36,380 nucleotides of DNA from Solirubrobacterales bacterium (GCA_050259555.1 JBLNAW010000080.1:1-36380), one strand, 5' to 3'. Counted from the stretch's first letter, positions 17,675 through 27,210 are shown. Notes: generated from the letters alone by a model not told the origin. Translations and numbers: made by a program.

Positions 17675-19000
17675 CCGTCGGCGCTGCTCACCGACCTGTA
17701 CGAGCTCAACATGGCCGCGAGCTACCTGCGCCGCGGCATGGACCAAGAGGCGACCTTCTCCCTGTTCGTGCGGCGACTGCCGCCGAACCGTGGATTCCTC
17801 GTCGCGGCCGGGCTCGAGCCCTGCCTGTCCTTCCTGGAGGGATTCCGGTTCGAGGAGGAGGAGCTCGAGCACCTCGGCGCGCACCTGGCCTTCGACGACG
17901 ACACGCTCGAGGCCTTCCGGGCGCTTCGGTTCGAGGGGGACGTGTGGGCGGTGCCCGAGGGCCGGATCGTGCTGCCGAACGAGCCGCTGCTCGAGGTCAC
18001 CGCGCCGATCGCCGTCGCTCAGCTCGTCGAGACCTACCTCCTGAACGTCATCACTTTCCAGACCACGATCGCCTCGAAGGCGGCACGCTGTCGCATCGCG
18101 GCCGGGGGACGGGACCTCGTGGACTTCTCGTTCCGGCGCACACAGGGCATCGACGCGGCGATGGCGGTCGCCCGCGCAACCGCGATGGTCGGATTCGGGG
18201 CGACCTCGAACGTGGAGGCCGGGCGGCGCTTCGGGCTGCCGGTCGCCGGCACGATGGCGCACTCCTACATCGAGTCCTTCCCGTCCGAGAAGGACGCGTT
18301 CACCGCCTTCGCCCACGACTTCCCGACCCGCACGACGTTCCTCGTAGACACCTACGACACGCTGAACGGCGTCCGGACCGCGATCGAGGTGATCCGCGAG
18401 CTCGGGCTGACCGACCATCTCGGGATCCGCCTGGACAGCGGCGACCTCGGAGAGCTCGCGCGGCGGTCCCGTGCGATCCTGGACGAGGCCGGGATGCCGC
18501 ACGTGCGGATCTTCGCGAGCGGCGGGCTCGACGAGCTCGACGTCGACCGGCTCGTGCGGGCCGGCGCGCCGATCGATGCCTTCGGGGTGGGCACGAGGGT
18601 GGGGGTCTCGGCCGACGCGCCCTACGTGGACTCGGTCTACAAGCTCGTCGAGTACGACGGGCGGCCCGTCCTGAAGCTCTCGGCGGGCAAGACGACGGCG
18701 CCCGGACGCAAGCAGGTGTTCCGTGGGGCCGGTGCCGACGTGATCGCGCTCCGCAACGAGCCGGTGCCCGAGGCCGCGGAGCCGCTCCTCGTGCCCGTGA
18801 TGCGGTCGGGGCGGCGCTCGGGTCCGCCGCGCACGCTCGCGTCGGCGCGCCTCCTCTTCGAGGCCGACCTCGCCCGCCTGCCCGAGGGTGCCCGCGAGCT
18901 GACGAACCCGCAACCCCCGCGGATCCGGGTCTCCGACACGCTCGACGAGCTCACGCGCTCGGTCCGGACCGAGATGCGGCGCCGCGCCGGCGTTCTCTAG
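17672..19000 (+). CDS. pncB: Nicotinate phosphoribosyltransferase
   Basis: The N-terminus is LLTDLYELNMAASY. Also present are FSFRRTQG, GTMAHSYI, FLVDTYDT, IRLDSGD and FGVGT, all characteristic of the NAPRTase family. About 380 codons of the track ORF (from 16535) are an upstream shadow extension antisense to hyhB. Confidence 0.85.
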   Translation: MPSALLTDLYELNMAASYLRRGMDQEATFSLFVRRLPPNRGFLVAAGLEPCLSFLEGFRFEEEELEHLGAHLAFDDDTLEAFRALRFEGDVWAVPEGRIVLPNEPLLEVTAPIAVAQLVETYLLNVITFQTTIASKAARCRIAAGGRDLVDFSFRRTQGIDAAMAVARATAMVGFGATSNVEAGRRFGLPVAGTMAHSYIESFPSEKDAFTAFAHDFPTRTTFLVDTYDTLNGVRTAIEVIRELGLTDHLGIRLDSGDLGELARRSRAILDEAGMPHVRIFASGGLDELDVDRLVRAGAPIDAFGVGTRVGVSADAPYVDSVYKLVEYDGRPVLKLSAGKTTAPGRKQVFRGAGADVIALRNEPVPEAAEPLLVPVMRSGRRSGPPRTLASARLLFEADLARLPEGARELTNPQPPRIRVSDTLDELTRSVRTEMRRRAGVL

Positions 19001-19019
19001 GACCGCTGCCGTTCCCGGG

Positions 19020-19047
19020 TTGACGCCTTACATCGTATGTCTATACT
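19020..19047 (+). promoter_or_regulatory. Near-consensus sigma-70 promoter for the DHA2 MFS gene
   Basis: TTGACG (19020-19025), a 16-nt spacer, then TATACT (19042-19047). It sits in a roughly 55-nt AT-rich island that contrasts sharply with the surrounding GC-rich DNA. GGGAGGGG SD precedes the ATG at 19092. Confidence 0.5.
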
Positions 19048-19091
19048 TACGTCGTAAACGTACAGTGTAAATCGAAGGGAGGGGATCGGAG

Positions 19092-20672
19092 ATGGAGCAG
19101 GTGCAGCCGTACGCGAAGCGGTGGTGGGCCCTCGGGGTCCTGATCCTGTCGCTGTTCGTGATCTCGCTCGACAACACGATCATGAACGTGACGCTCCCCA
19201 CGCTCGTGCGCGAGCTCGGGGCCTCGGCGACCGAGCTGCAGTGGATCGTCGATGCCTACGTCCTCGTCTTCGCCGGGTTGCTCCTCACCGCGGGGAGCCT
19301 CGGGGACCGGTTCGGCCGTAAGGGCGCGCTCACGATCGGTCTCTTGCTGTTCGGGCTCGGCTCGGCCGCGGGGGCGTTCGCGAGCTCGCCGGCCCAGCTC
19401 ATCGCGATCCGCGCGTTCATGGGCATCGGCGGGGCGCTCATCATGCCCGCGACCCTGTCGATCCTCACCAACGTGTTCCCCGCCGGGGAGCGGGCGCGAG
19501 CCATCGCGATCTGGTCCGCCGTTGCAGGGCTCGGCTTCGGGCTCGGGCCGGCGATCGGTGGATGGATGCTCGAGCGGTTCTGGTGGGGCTCCGTGCTGCT
19601 GGTGAACGTCCCGGTGGTGACGCTGGCGATCGTCCTCGGGCGGGCGCTCATCCCGACCTCGAAGGACCCGGCGGCCGACCGGCCGGACCCGCTCGGCGCG
19701 GTGCTGTCGGTCGCGGCCCTCGCCGCCCTGCTCTACGGGATCATCGAGGCCCCACGGAACGGTTGGGGTGACGCGGCGACGCTCCTGTGGATCGGGGGTG
19801 GGCTCGGCCTGCTGGGGACGTTCGCTGCCTGGGAGCTGCGGACCGATCACCCGATGCTCGACATGCGGTTCTTCCGGAACCCGAGGTTCACGGCCGCGAG
19901 CGTCTCGATCACGTTGTCGTTCTTCGCGCTCGCCGGGTCGATGTTCTTCCTGACCCAGATCTTCCAGTTCCTGATGGGCTACTCGACCCTGAAGGCGGGC
20001 GTGGCGATCTTGCCGGCGGCGCTCGCCTCGGCAGCGGGGGCGCCGACCGGCGCGCTCCTCGCGAAGCGGTTCGGGTCGAAGGCCGCCGTCGTGGCCGGGC
20101 TGGCGACGATCGCTGCGGGGCTCGCGATCGTCGGAACCCTCTCGACCTCCTCGGGCTACGGCCTGCTCCTGGTCGCGATGATCGTCGCGGGTTTCGGCGT
20201 CGGCGTCGCGATGACGCCCGCGACCGAGTCGATCATGGGGTCGCTCCCCACGGCGAAGGCGGGCGTGGGCTCGGCGGTGAACGACACGACGCGCGAGATC
20301 GGCGGCGCGCTCGGCGTGGCCGTGCTCGGCAGCTTGCTCGTCTCGACCTTCGGGAGCCAGATGGCCGAGGTCACGGCCGGGCTGCCGACGGCTGCGGCCG
20401 AGATCGCTCGCGACTCGCTGGGCGGGGCGCTCGCCGTCGCCCAGCAGGTCGGCGGGCAGGCGGGTCAGGGGCTCGTCGCGGCCGCCCGGACGGCCTTCGT
20501 GGACGGCACCGGGCTCGCGATGTTCGTCGGCGCGGGGTTCGCGCTCGGCGGGGCGCTCGTCGCGCTCCTGTTCCTCCCGGCCCGAGCCCGCGACGAAGAG
20601 GGCCAGCGCGTCATCACGGTCGAGGTCGAGCCGATCGAGGACGGCGACCTCGTCTCCGAGCGCGTGGCCTGA
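19092..20672 (+). CDS. MFS transporter, DHA2 (EmrB/QacA, 14-TMS) drug:H+ antiporter family
   Basis: LDNTIMNVTLPTL and GSLGDRFGRK (motif A) are present, with about 14 hydrophobic segments over 526 aa. Confidence 0.85.
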   Translation: MEQVQPYAKRWWALGVLILSLFVISLDNTIMNVTLPTLVRELGASATELQWIVDAYVLVFAGLLLTAGSLGDRFGRKGALTIGLLLFGLGSAAGAFASSPAQLIAIRAFMGIGGALIMPATLSILTNVFPAGERARAIAIWSAVAGLGFGLGPAIGGWMLERFWWGSVLLVNVPVVTLAIVLGRALIPTSKDPAADRPDPLGAVLSVAALAALLYGIIEAPRNGWGDAATLLWIGGGLGLLGTFAAWELRTDHPMLDMRFFRNPRFTAASVSITLSFFALAGSMFFLTQIFQFLMGYSTLKAGVAILPAALASAAGAPTGALLAKRFGSKAAVVAGLATIAAGLAIVGTLSTSSGYGLLLVAMIVAGFGVGVAMTPATESIMGSLPTAKAGVGSAVNDTTREIGGALGVAVLGSLLVSTFGSQMAEVTAGLPTAAAEIARDSLGGALAVAQQVGGQAGQGLVAAARTAFVDGTGLAMFVGAGFALGGALVALLFLPARARDEEGQRVITVEVEPIEDGDLVSERVA

Positions 20673-20689
20673 GGAGCGAACGCTCCACC

Positions 20690-20717
20690 GGGGCGGGCGC
20701 CACACGAGGCCCGCCCC
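20690..20717. terminator. GC-rich hairpin between convergent genes; candidate terminator
   Basis: GGGGCGGGC (20690-20698), a 10-nt loop, then GCCCGCCCC (20709-20717). There is no U-tract. Confidence 0.4.
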
Positions 20718-20725
20718 TCGGTGCG

Positions 20726-21673
20726 TCAGAGCACCTCGACCTTCGCGGCGCCCGTCTCCAGGTGGATGTCCGCGCGATGCTGGGCCGTTTCGTAGTCGGC
20801 CGAGCGCCACTCGCCGCCCCATTTCGGGAACCGGTGGGGGTCCACGCGGACGTTGGACAGGCCCGCGCGCGCCTCGACCCGGGCCGCGACGCCGCTCGGG
20901 ACCTCGAGGCGGATGCTCATCGCGCCGCCCTGGACCCGAACCGAGTACCGGCCGGTCGAGGGCAGACGGACCACCGTCGTGCTCGCGCCGGTCTGGATCC
21001 GCAGCTCGGTGAGCCGGAGGTCGGTGAGGTCGAGGTCGCCCTCGTTCGCGCCGGTCCGCAGCTCGAGGCTCATCGGCACCCGGCGCGAGACCGTGAGGTC
21101 CCACTCGAGCCCGTGCTCGCGGCCGGGCCCCCAGGGCATCCCGTTCCGCGCGCGCACCGTGACATCGAGGCGTCCACCGGTCCGCCGCACCTCGGTCTCG
21201 GCGCCGCCGCCGAACCGACCCTCGACGAGGTCCGGGGAGTCCGCGGCCCGCACCCGCAGGCGCCCGGCGCCGTGGTCCAGTCGCAGCGACGCGTCGTGGG
21301 CGTCCTCGAGCGGGATCCGGACCTGCTCCTCGCCGACCGCGCGACTCCGGTTCTGCGAGATCGCCGACAGCGCGAGGCCGAGCCCGATCGCGATGACGAT
21401 GACGGGGACGAGGACGTCTTGGTCCGGCAGGGCGTCGAGGTCCTCGAGGAGCAGGACCGTGCCGATCCCGATCAGCAGGAACGGCCAGACGTAGCCGCCC
21501 CCCCACCGCGAGCCGAAGAGGGAGCGCTCGAGCAGCAGCCACACGCCGATCGCGATGAGGACGAGCGGCCAGACCTCGACCTTGTTCGAGATCAGGTCGG
21601 CGTTCTGCAACAGAAGGAAGACGCCGACCCCGATCAGGAGCAGCGCCCACAGGATCGTCCGGTTCCGGTGCAC
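20726..21673 (-). CDS. Membrane protein with LiaF/DUF4097-like beta-rich C-terminal domain
   Basis: The N-terminus has 4 TM segments rich in LLIGxGxxLLL, as in LiaI/LiaF-type transmembrane regions. The C-terminal half has repeated short beta-strand motifs (LDVTVRA, LELRTGANEGDLDL, LRIQTGAS, VRVQGGAMSIRLEV). The GTG at 21673 has AAGGAGG 5 nt upstream. The other 250 aa of the track ORF is a shadow frame over the permease gene. Confidence 0.6.
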   Translation of the reverse strand: MHRNRTILWALLLIGVGVFLLLQNADLISNKVEVWPLVLIAIGVWLLLERSLFGSRWGGGYVWPFLLIGIGTVLLLEDLDALPDQDVLVPVIVIAIGLGLALSAISQNRSRAVGEEQVRIPLEDAHDASLRLDHGAGRLRVRAADSPDLVEGRFGGGAETEVRRTGGRLDVTVRARNGMPWGPGREHGLEWDLTVSRRVPMSLELRTGANEGDLDLTDLRLTELRIQTGASTTVVRLPSTGRYSVRVQGGAMSIRLEVPSGVAARVEARAGLSNVRVDPHRFPKWGGEWRSADYETAQHRADIHLETGAAKVEVL

Positions 21674-21705
21674 GGCAACCTCCTTGCGCACGAGCCGAAC
21701 GGAGC

Positions 21706-22497
21706 CTATCCCTCGGCGCGCACGAGCAGCCCGCGGCGGCGGCGGACCCGACGATCGGCCCAGGAGAACAGGGCATCCACCGCGATCCCGACGAGCATGA
21801 TGACGACCATCGTCGCGAGCACGAGCGGCGTGTCGTACTGCGCGCCGGCCCTGGCGATCAGGTGCCCCAACCCGCGCGCGCCGGCGACGAACAGCTCGGC
21901 GGCCATCAGGGCGCGCCAGGCGATCGCCCACGCCTGCTGGAGGCCCGCGATGTACCCGGGCACGGCCGCCGGGAGCACCACGCGCGCATACAGCACCCAA
22001 CCCCTCGCGCCGAGCGTTCGACCGGCGCGTACCAGGTGCGGCGGCACCATCCGCACGGCCGCGGCGGTACCGATCGCGACCGCCGGCACCGCACCGATGA
22101 CGACGACGAACAGGACCGCCTTCTCGTTGATCCCGAACCACAGCATGGCGAGCGGCAGCCAGGCGATCGACGGGAGCGCCTGCAGACCGACCACGAGCGT
22201 TCCGACGCTTCGCTGGAACAGCTCCCAGCGGGCGCTCGCGAGCCCGATGGGCGTCCCGAGCAGGACCGCCACCACGAGTCCGATGGACAGACGGAACACG
22301 CTCCGGTAGGCGACGACGAGGAGCCCGTTCGATCCGCCGAGGTGCGATACGAGCGCATCGCCCACGCTCGCCGGCGAGGGCAGCAGCACGGAGTTCCAGA
22401 TGCCCGCCGTGTAGACCGCCCACCAGACGAGGACCACGGCCGCGACGATCGCGAGCCTAGGCCAGACCTGGCCGAGCACCCTCCTCGGACGAGACAA
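21706..22497 (-). CDS. ABC transporter permease, NitT/TauT (sulfonate/nitrate/taurine) family
   Basis: It has 6 TM segments and an EAA-like loop (RAGRTLGARGWVLYARVVLPAAVP), as in SsuC/TauC. The TTG start at 22497 has AAGGAGGTG 7 nt upstream and overlaps the ATPase 3-prime end by 41 nt. Confidence 0.85.
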   Translation of the reverse strand: MSRPRRVLGQVWPRLAIVAAVVLVWWAVYTAGIWNSVLLPSPASVGDALVSHLGGSNGLLVVAYRSVFRLSIGLVVAVLLGTPIGLASARWELFQRSVGTLVVGLQALPSIAWLPLAMLWFGINEKAVLFVVVIGAVPAVAIGTAAAVRMVPPHLVRAGRTLGARGWVLYARVVLPAAVPGYIAGLQQAWAIAWRALMAAELFVAGARGLGHLIARAGAQYDTPLVLATMVVIMLVGIAVDALFSWADRRVRRRRGLLVRAEG

Positions 22498-23302
22498 CCT
22501 TCTCCACCTCCTTCAGCAGGTGGTCGTGCACGTCGACGACCACCTTCGACAGGAGGACATCCTCGAACGCGCGCGGCCGCGGCGACGAGATGCGATGCTC
22601 GGCGACGAAGGTCCCGGGGCGCGCGGACATCAGCACGACGCGATCGGCGAGGAACACCGCCTCGCGCACGTTGTGGGTCACGAAGACGAAGGTGTTGCGG
22701 GTCTCGAGCCACACGGCCTGGAGCTCGCGCTGGAGGATCTCCCGGGACTGGGCGTCGAGTGCACCGAACGGCTCGTCGGCGAGCAGGATCTCGGGCTGGC
22801 AGGCGAGCGCCCGTGCGAGGGTCGCGCGCTGCCGCATCCCGGGCGACAGCTCGTGCGGCTGCGCGAGCGCGAAGCGCGCGAGGTGGACCTTCTCGAGCCA
22901 CGCCATCGCACGCTCGGTCCGCTCGCGCCTCGCCGTGCCATTGAGCTCGAGCGCGAACTCCACGTTGCCGAGCACGCTCATCCAGGGGAACAGCGACGGC
23001 TCCTGGAAGAGCACGGCCCGGTCGGGTCCGGGTCCCGAGACCGGCCGGCCGTCCATCAGCACCTGGCCCTCGTCCGGCCGCTCGAGCCCGGCGATCAGGT
23101 TCAGGAGCGTCGACTTCCCGCAGCCCGAGGGCCCGATCAGGCAGACGAACTCGCCCTTCGCGATGTCCAGCGTCGCGCGCTCGAGCGCCTGCACGCGCTC
23201 GCCGCTGCCCTGCACGTATGACTTCGAGGCGCCGAGGATCGAGAGCTTGGGGGCCGAGGCTCCGGCCTGGGGAACCACGTGGAGCGCGGGCTTCGACGTC
23301 AT
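22457..23302 (-). CDS. ABC transporter ATP-binding protein, NitT/TauT family (SsuB/TauB-like)
   Basis: Walker A is GPSGCGKST, the signature is LSPGMRQR, and Walker B is ILLADEPFGALD. I chose the ATG at 23302 (MTSKPAL), 7 nt after the binding-protein stop. Confidence 0.88.
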   Translation of the reverse strand: MTSKPALHVVPQAGASAPKLSILGASKSYVQGSGERVQALERATLDIAKGEFVCLIGPSGCGKSTLLNLIAGLERPDEGQVLMDGRPVSGPGPDRAVLFQEPSLFPWMSVLGNVEFALELNGTARRERTERAMAWLEKVHLARFALAQPHELSPGMRQRATLARALACQPEILLADEPFGALDAQSREILQRELQAVWLETRNTFVFVTHNVREAVFLADRVVLMSARPGTFVAEHRISSPRPRAFEDVLLSKVVVDVHDHLLKEVEKVVSSEEGARPGLA

Positions 23303-23309
23303 CGCTGCC

Positions 23310-24341
23310 TCATCCGGGTACCTCGACGGGCGGAAGGCCCTCATCGTCGAGGACGGCGTTCAGAGGGTCAAGCCGGTAGATCCCGAGCGCGCGGCCGGGG
23401 TCCTCCTCGAGCACGCCGAGCACGTGCGCGTCCTCCGCGACCTGCTCGATCGCCGCCGGCACCGGCTCCCACGTGAACGTGAGCTTCCCCCACGCCGCCG
23501 CGAGGACCGAGGCGTCCATCGGCGGGGCGCCGGCCCACACGAGCCGCCGTTCCGCGATCGCCTGGGCTCGGAGCGGCGAGGCCTGCGCGAACCGGATCGC
23601 CGCGACGTTGGCCTCGACGAGCCTGCGGACGACGTCGGGGTGAGCGTCCATGTAGATCGTCGAGACGACGAGGCTCGCGGTGAGGAACCCGCCCGGCGGC
23701 CAGAGGTCCGACTCGTCGACGAGGACCTCGCCGACGCCCTTCGCGACGAGGTACGTCGGGTACGGCTCCGGCACCCATGCGCCGTCCAGCCGGTCCGCCC
23801 GGAAGAGCTGGAGGAGCTGCGAGCCGTCGGCCTCGGTGATCGCGACGTCACCCCCCTCGTCGGTCGCCTCGAGCCCGTTCTCGTGGAGCCAGGTCCGCAG
23901 CGCGATGTCCTGCGTGTTCCCGACGTTCGGCACGGCGATCCGTTTGCCGTGCAGATCTTCCGGGCTCGCGATGTCCGAACCCCGGCGGACGACGAGCGAG
24001 GCTCCGCCGACCGCGGCGCCCGAGACGACGGCGACCTTGCCCGATTGCAGGTACAGGCTGATCGCCGGCCACGGGCCCATGTAGCTCGCGTCGATCGAGC
24101 CCGAGAGGAGGGCGACCCCGGCCTCGGTCCCCGAGTTGAACGTGTGCACCTCGACCTTCGTCGGAGCGAGGGTCTCGGCGAAGATCCCCGAGCCGATCCC
24201 GACATGCGCGGGCGCATGGGTGAGGGTAGGGAACACACCGAGCCGGAGCACCTCGGCGCTCCCCCGCGCCCGGGCCTCGGAGCCGGAGCATCCGGGAACG
24301 AGGAGCGAGAGCGTGAAGGCGAGGACGACGAGCCGCCTCAC
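23310..24341 (-). CDS. ABC substrate-binding lipoprotein, NMT1/SsuA/TauA-like
   Basis: The lipoprotein signal has lipobox LLVPGC. It is a periplasmic-binding-protein type 2 fold of about 340 aa and sits first in an SBP-ATPase-permease operon. Confidence 0.8.
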   Translation of the reverse strand: MRRLVVLAFTLSLLVPGCSGSEARARGSAEVLRLGVFPTLTHAPAHVGIGSGIFAETLAPTKVEVHTFNSGTEAGVALLSGSIDASYMGPWPAISLYLQSGKVAVVSGAAVGGASLVVRRGSDIASPEDLHGKRIAVPNVGNTQDIALRTWLHENGLEATDEGGDVAITEADGSQLLQLFRADRLDGAWVPEPYPTYLVAKGVGEVLVDESDLWPPGGFLTASLVVSTIYMDAHPDVVRRLVEANVAAIRFAQASPLRAQAIAERRLVWAGAPPMDASVLAAAWGKLTFTWEPVPAAIEQVAEDAHVLGVLEEDPGRALGIYRLDPLNAVLDDEGLPPVEVPG

Positions 24342-24383
24342 GTCGCGATGCCCCCTCGAGTCACGCCGCCACGGTACCGGACC

Positions 24384-25460
24384 TCACTCGGAGGGCGCCC
24401 CCACGGGCTCGGGAGCCTCGAACGCCTTCGCGCGGCGGAGGTCGACGTTCACCGGTGAGCCGACGGTGAGATCGACGAGGTCGTCGTTCGGGAGCTCGGC
24501 GACGATCACCTGCCCGTCGTTCAGCCGCAGCATCACCCGCGACAGCCAGCCGAGCGTCGAGATGCGGTCGATCCGAGCCTCGACCGAGTCGTGCTGCCCG
24601 TTGGGGACGGACAGCCGAACGTCGTGCGGCCGGACGAACGCGCGAGCCGCGGCACCCTCCTCGAGGTGGTCCGCGCCGGCGACACGGTGGTCGCCGAACT
24701 GCACATGCCCCCCGGATACCCTGCCCTGCAACACGTTCGCGCTCCCAACGAACCCGGCGACGAACGCGGTCTCGGGCTCGTTGTAGATCTGGGTCGGCGT
24801 GCCGACCTGCTGGATCCGCCCCTCGTGCATCACGACCACCTCGTTCGCGAGCTCGAGCGCCTCGTCCTGGTCGTGCGTCACGAGCAGGCTCGTCACGCCG
24901 AGCTCGCGGTGCAGGTCGTCGAGCCAGTGTCGCAGATCCTGGCGGACGCGGGCCTCGAGGGCGCCGAACGGCTCGTCGAGCAGGAGCACCTTCGGACGCG
25001 GTGCGAGCGCGCGGGCCAGCGCGACCCGCTGCCGCTGGCCGCCCGAGAGCTGGTCCGGGTACCGGTCCCGGAACGGCAGGAGCATCACGAGCTTCAGGAG
25101 CTCCTCGACGCGCTTCGTCTGCTCAGCCTTGCTCTCCTTGCGCACCGCGAGCCCGAAGGCGACGTTCTGCTCGACCGTCATGTGCCGGAACAGCGCGTAG
25201 TGCTGGAACACGAACCCGACGCGCCGCTCCTGGACGCTCTTGAACGTCGTCTCGTCGTCCTCGATCCAGATGCGCCCCGCCGTCGGCGTCTCGAGGCCCG
25301 CGATCATGCGGAGGACGGTGCTCTTGCCCGAGCCGCTCGGCCCGAGGAGCGCGGTGATCTTGCCCTCGGCGGCGTCGAACGTCACGTCTTCGACCGCGAC
25401 GAAGCCTCCGAACCGCTTCGTCAGGCCCTGGACCCGGATCGCCGGCTTCGTCGTCGTCAT
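24384..25460 (-). CDS. cysA: Sulfate/thiosulfate ABC transporter ATP-binding protein
   Basis: Walker A is GPSGSGKST, the signature is LSGGQRQR, and Walker B is LLLDEPFGALE. A C-terminal TOBE-like regulatory domain is present. The ATG overlaps the cysW stop (ATGA 25457-25460). Confidence 0.88.
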   Translation of the reverse strand: MTTTKPAIRVQGLTKRFGGFVAVEDVTFDAAEGKITALLGPSGSGKSTVLRMIAGLETPTAGRIWIEDDETTFKSVQERRVGFVFQHYALFRHMTVEQNVAFGLAVRKESKAEQTKRVEELLKLVMLLPFRDRYPDQLSGGQRQRVALARALAPRPKVLLLDEPFGALEARVRQDLRHWLDDLHRELGVTSLLVTHDQDEALELANEVVVMHEGRIQQVGTPTQIYNEPETAFVAGFVGSANVLQGRVSGGHVQFGDHRVAGADHLEEGAAARAFVRPHDVRLSVPNGQHDSVEARIDRISTLGWLSRVMLRLNDGQVIVAELPNDDLVDLTVGSPVNVDLRRAKAFEAPEPVGAPSE

Positions 25461-26341
25461 CGCGAGACCTCCCTCACCTTGCGTCGCTTGCTGATCTCGA
25501 TCACACCGAGCATCAGGACGGAGATCGCGGCGAGCGTGAGCGCCACGATGTAGCCCTGGGTGTCCAGACGTTCCTCGTTCGCGTACAGGATGAAGATCGT
25601 CGCCGTCTCGGTCTTGCCCTTGAGGTTGCCGCTCACGAGGAGCACCGCCCCGATCTCACCGATCGCACGGGCGGTCGTGAGGGCGATGCCGTAGAGGAGC
25701 CCCCATCGGATGTTCGGCAGGATGACCCGAAAGAGCGTCTGCATCGTCGAGGCACCGAGCGTCCGCGCCGCGTCCTCCTCCTCGGTCCCGAGCTCCTCGA
25801 GCACCGGCGCGACCGAGCGGATCACGAACGGGATGCAGATGAAGATCGTGACGAGCACCATCGAGGGCAGCGCGAAGATGATCTGGATGCCGCGGGCGGT
25901 GAACCACTGCTCGAACCATCCGCCGCGGCCGAACAGCAACACGCAGGCGAGCCCAACGGTCACCGGCGACATCGCGAGCGGCAGCTCGACGAGCGCATTC
26001 ATGATCCGGCGACCGACGAACCGGTGCCGCACGAGGACCCACGCCGTCACGGCGCCGAGGGTCGTCGTGACGACCAACGTGACGACCGCGATCTGGAACG
26101 TGATGAGGAACGCGTGCTGCACGTTCGGCGTCTGGAAGGTCTCGACGACGGTCGGGAGGCCCTTCGCGAAGGCGCTCAGGACGATCCCGACGAGCGGAGC
26201 GAGGAGGAGGAACGTGAGGTAGAGGAGGCAGAGCGCCACGATGGAGCCGCGGACGAGCGTGCGGCGTCGTTCGCGGCGCCGCATCTCGGCGCCTCCGGGC
26301 GTGATGTCGATCATCTGGCGAGCCTCGGTCGCGACGCTCAC
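25457..26341 (-). CDS. cysW: Sulfate ABC transporter permease CysW
   Basis: It has 6 TM segments and the EAA loop EEDAARTLGASTMQTLFRVILPNIRWGLLYG. It is the second of two paralogous permeases after sbp. The GTG overlaps the cysT stop (GTGA 26338-26341). Confidence 0.85.
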   Translation of the reverse strand: MSVATEARQMIDITPGGAEMRRRERRRTLVRGSIVALCLLYLTFLLLAPLVGIVLSAFAKGLPTVVETFQTPNVQHAFLITFQIAVVTLVVTTTLGAVTAWVLVRHRFVGRRIMNALVELPLAMSPVTVGLACVLLFGRGGWFEQWFTARGIQIIFALPSMVLVTIFICIPFVIRSVAPVLEELGTEEEDAARTLGASTMQTLFRVILPNIRWGLLYGIALTTARAIGEIGAVLLVSGNLKGKTETATIFILYANEERLDTQGYIVALTLAAISVLMLGVIEISKRRKVREVSR

Positions 26342-27201
26342 GCCTTCGCCTCCTTGCGCTCGGTCCGTACGAGGCGGCTCGTCAGCAGGACGAGCAGGAA
26401 GGAGATCGCGAACAGAAGGGTCGCGACGGCGGCGGCCTCCTCCGGCTTGAACTGGTTCGTGAGCTGGAAGATGAAGTAGGGGGCGGTCATCGTCTTGCTC
26501 GTCAGGTTGCCCGAGACGAACACGATCGAGCCGAACTCTCCGAGCGCCCGAGCGAACGCGAGGAGCGCTCCTGCGGCGATCGCCGGCCGGATCGCCGGCA
26601 TGACGACCGCGCGGAAGGTCTTCCAGGGCGAAGCCCCGAGCACCTGCGCGGCCTCCTCCTCGGCCGTGTCGAGTTCAAGGAGCACCGGCTGCACCGTCCG
26701 GACGACGAACGGGAGCGTGACGACGCAGAGCGCGAGCAGGACCGCGAGCTGGCTGAACATCAGTTGGATCCCCACGCTCCCGAACGCTTTGCCGATCGGC
26801 GTGTTCGGGCCGTAGATCGCGACGAGCATGACGCCCGTGACGAGCGTCGGGATCGCGAACGGGAGGTCGACGATCGCCGAGAGCACCCCGCGGCCGCGGA
26901 ACCGGTAGCGGACGAGCACGTACGCGAGCATCGTCCCGAAGATCGCGTTGATGATCGCGGCGAGCGCCGAGGTCACGAGCGTGAGCTTGATCGCCGCCCA
27001 CGCCCCCGGGCTCGCCATCGCGCTGCGGAAGGTGTCGAGGCCCTGCCCGAACCCCTTCGACACGATCGCGATCACCGGAACGACGATCATCGCGACGAGA
27101 TAGGTGACGGCCGCGCCGCGCAGGCCCCAGTGCCGCAGGCGGGTCACCGTGGGGGCACGGAAAGCGGGTCTGCGGCGTACGGTCTGCGCGGCGCTTGCCA
27201 T
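26338..27201 (-). CDS. cysT: Sulfate ABC transporter permease CysT (CysU)
   Basis: The EAA loop is EEEAAQVLGASPWKTFRAVVMPAIRPAI. AAGGAG lies 5 nt upstream of the ATG at 27201; the track start at 27204 is the adjacent GTG. Confidence 0.85.
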   Translation of the reverse strand: MASAAQTVRRRPAFRAPTVTRLRHWGLRGAAVTYLVAMIVVPVIAIVSKGFGQGLDTFRSAMASPGAWAAIKLTLVTSALAAIINAIFGTMLAYVLVRYRFRGRGVLSAIVDLPFAIPTLVTGVMLVAIYGPNTPIGKAFGSVGIQLMFSQLAVLLALCVVTLPFVVRTVQPVLLELDTAEEEAAQVLGASPWKTFRAVVMPAIRPAIAAGALLAFARALGEFGSIVFVSGNLTSKTMTAPYFIFQLTNQFKPEEAAAVATLLFAISFLLVLLTSRLVRTERKEAKA

Positions 27202-27210
27202 CACGTCTCC

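Noticed and set aside
20673-20686. Hairpin GGAGCG-AA-CGCTCC right after the MFS stop codon
   Set aside because: A 2-nt loop is sterically implausible for a stable RNA hairpin. The neighbouring 9-bp stem (20690-20717) is the better terminator candidate.
19047-21776. 909-aa minus-strand ORF
   Set aside because: It is antisense to the DHA2 MFS gene and out of frame with the LiaF-like gene. It is extremely Arg/Pro/Gly-rich, which marks it as a shadow frame.
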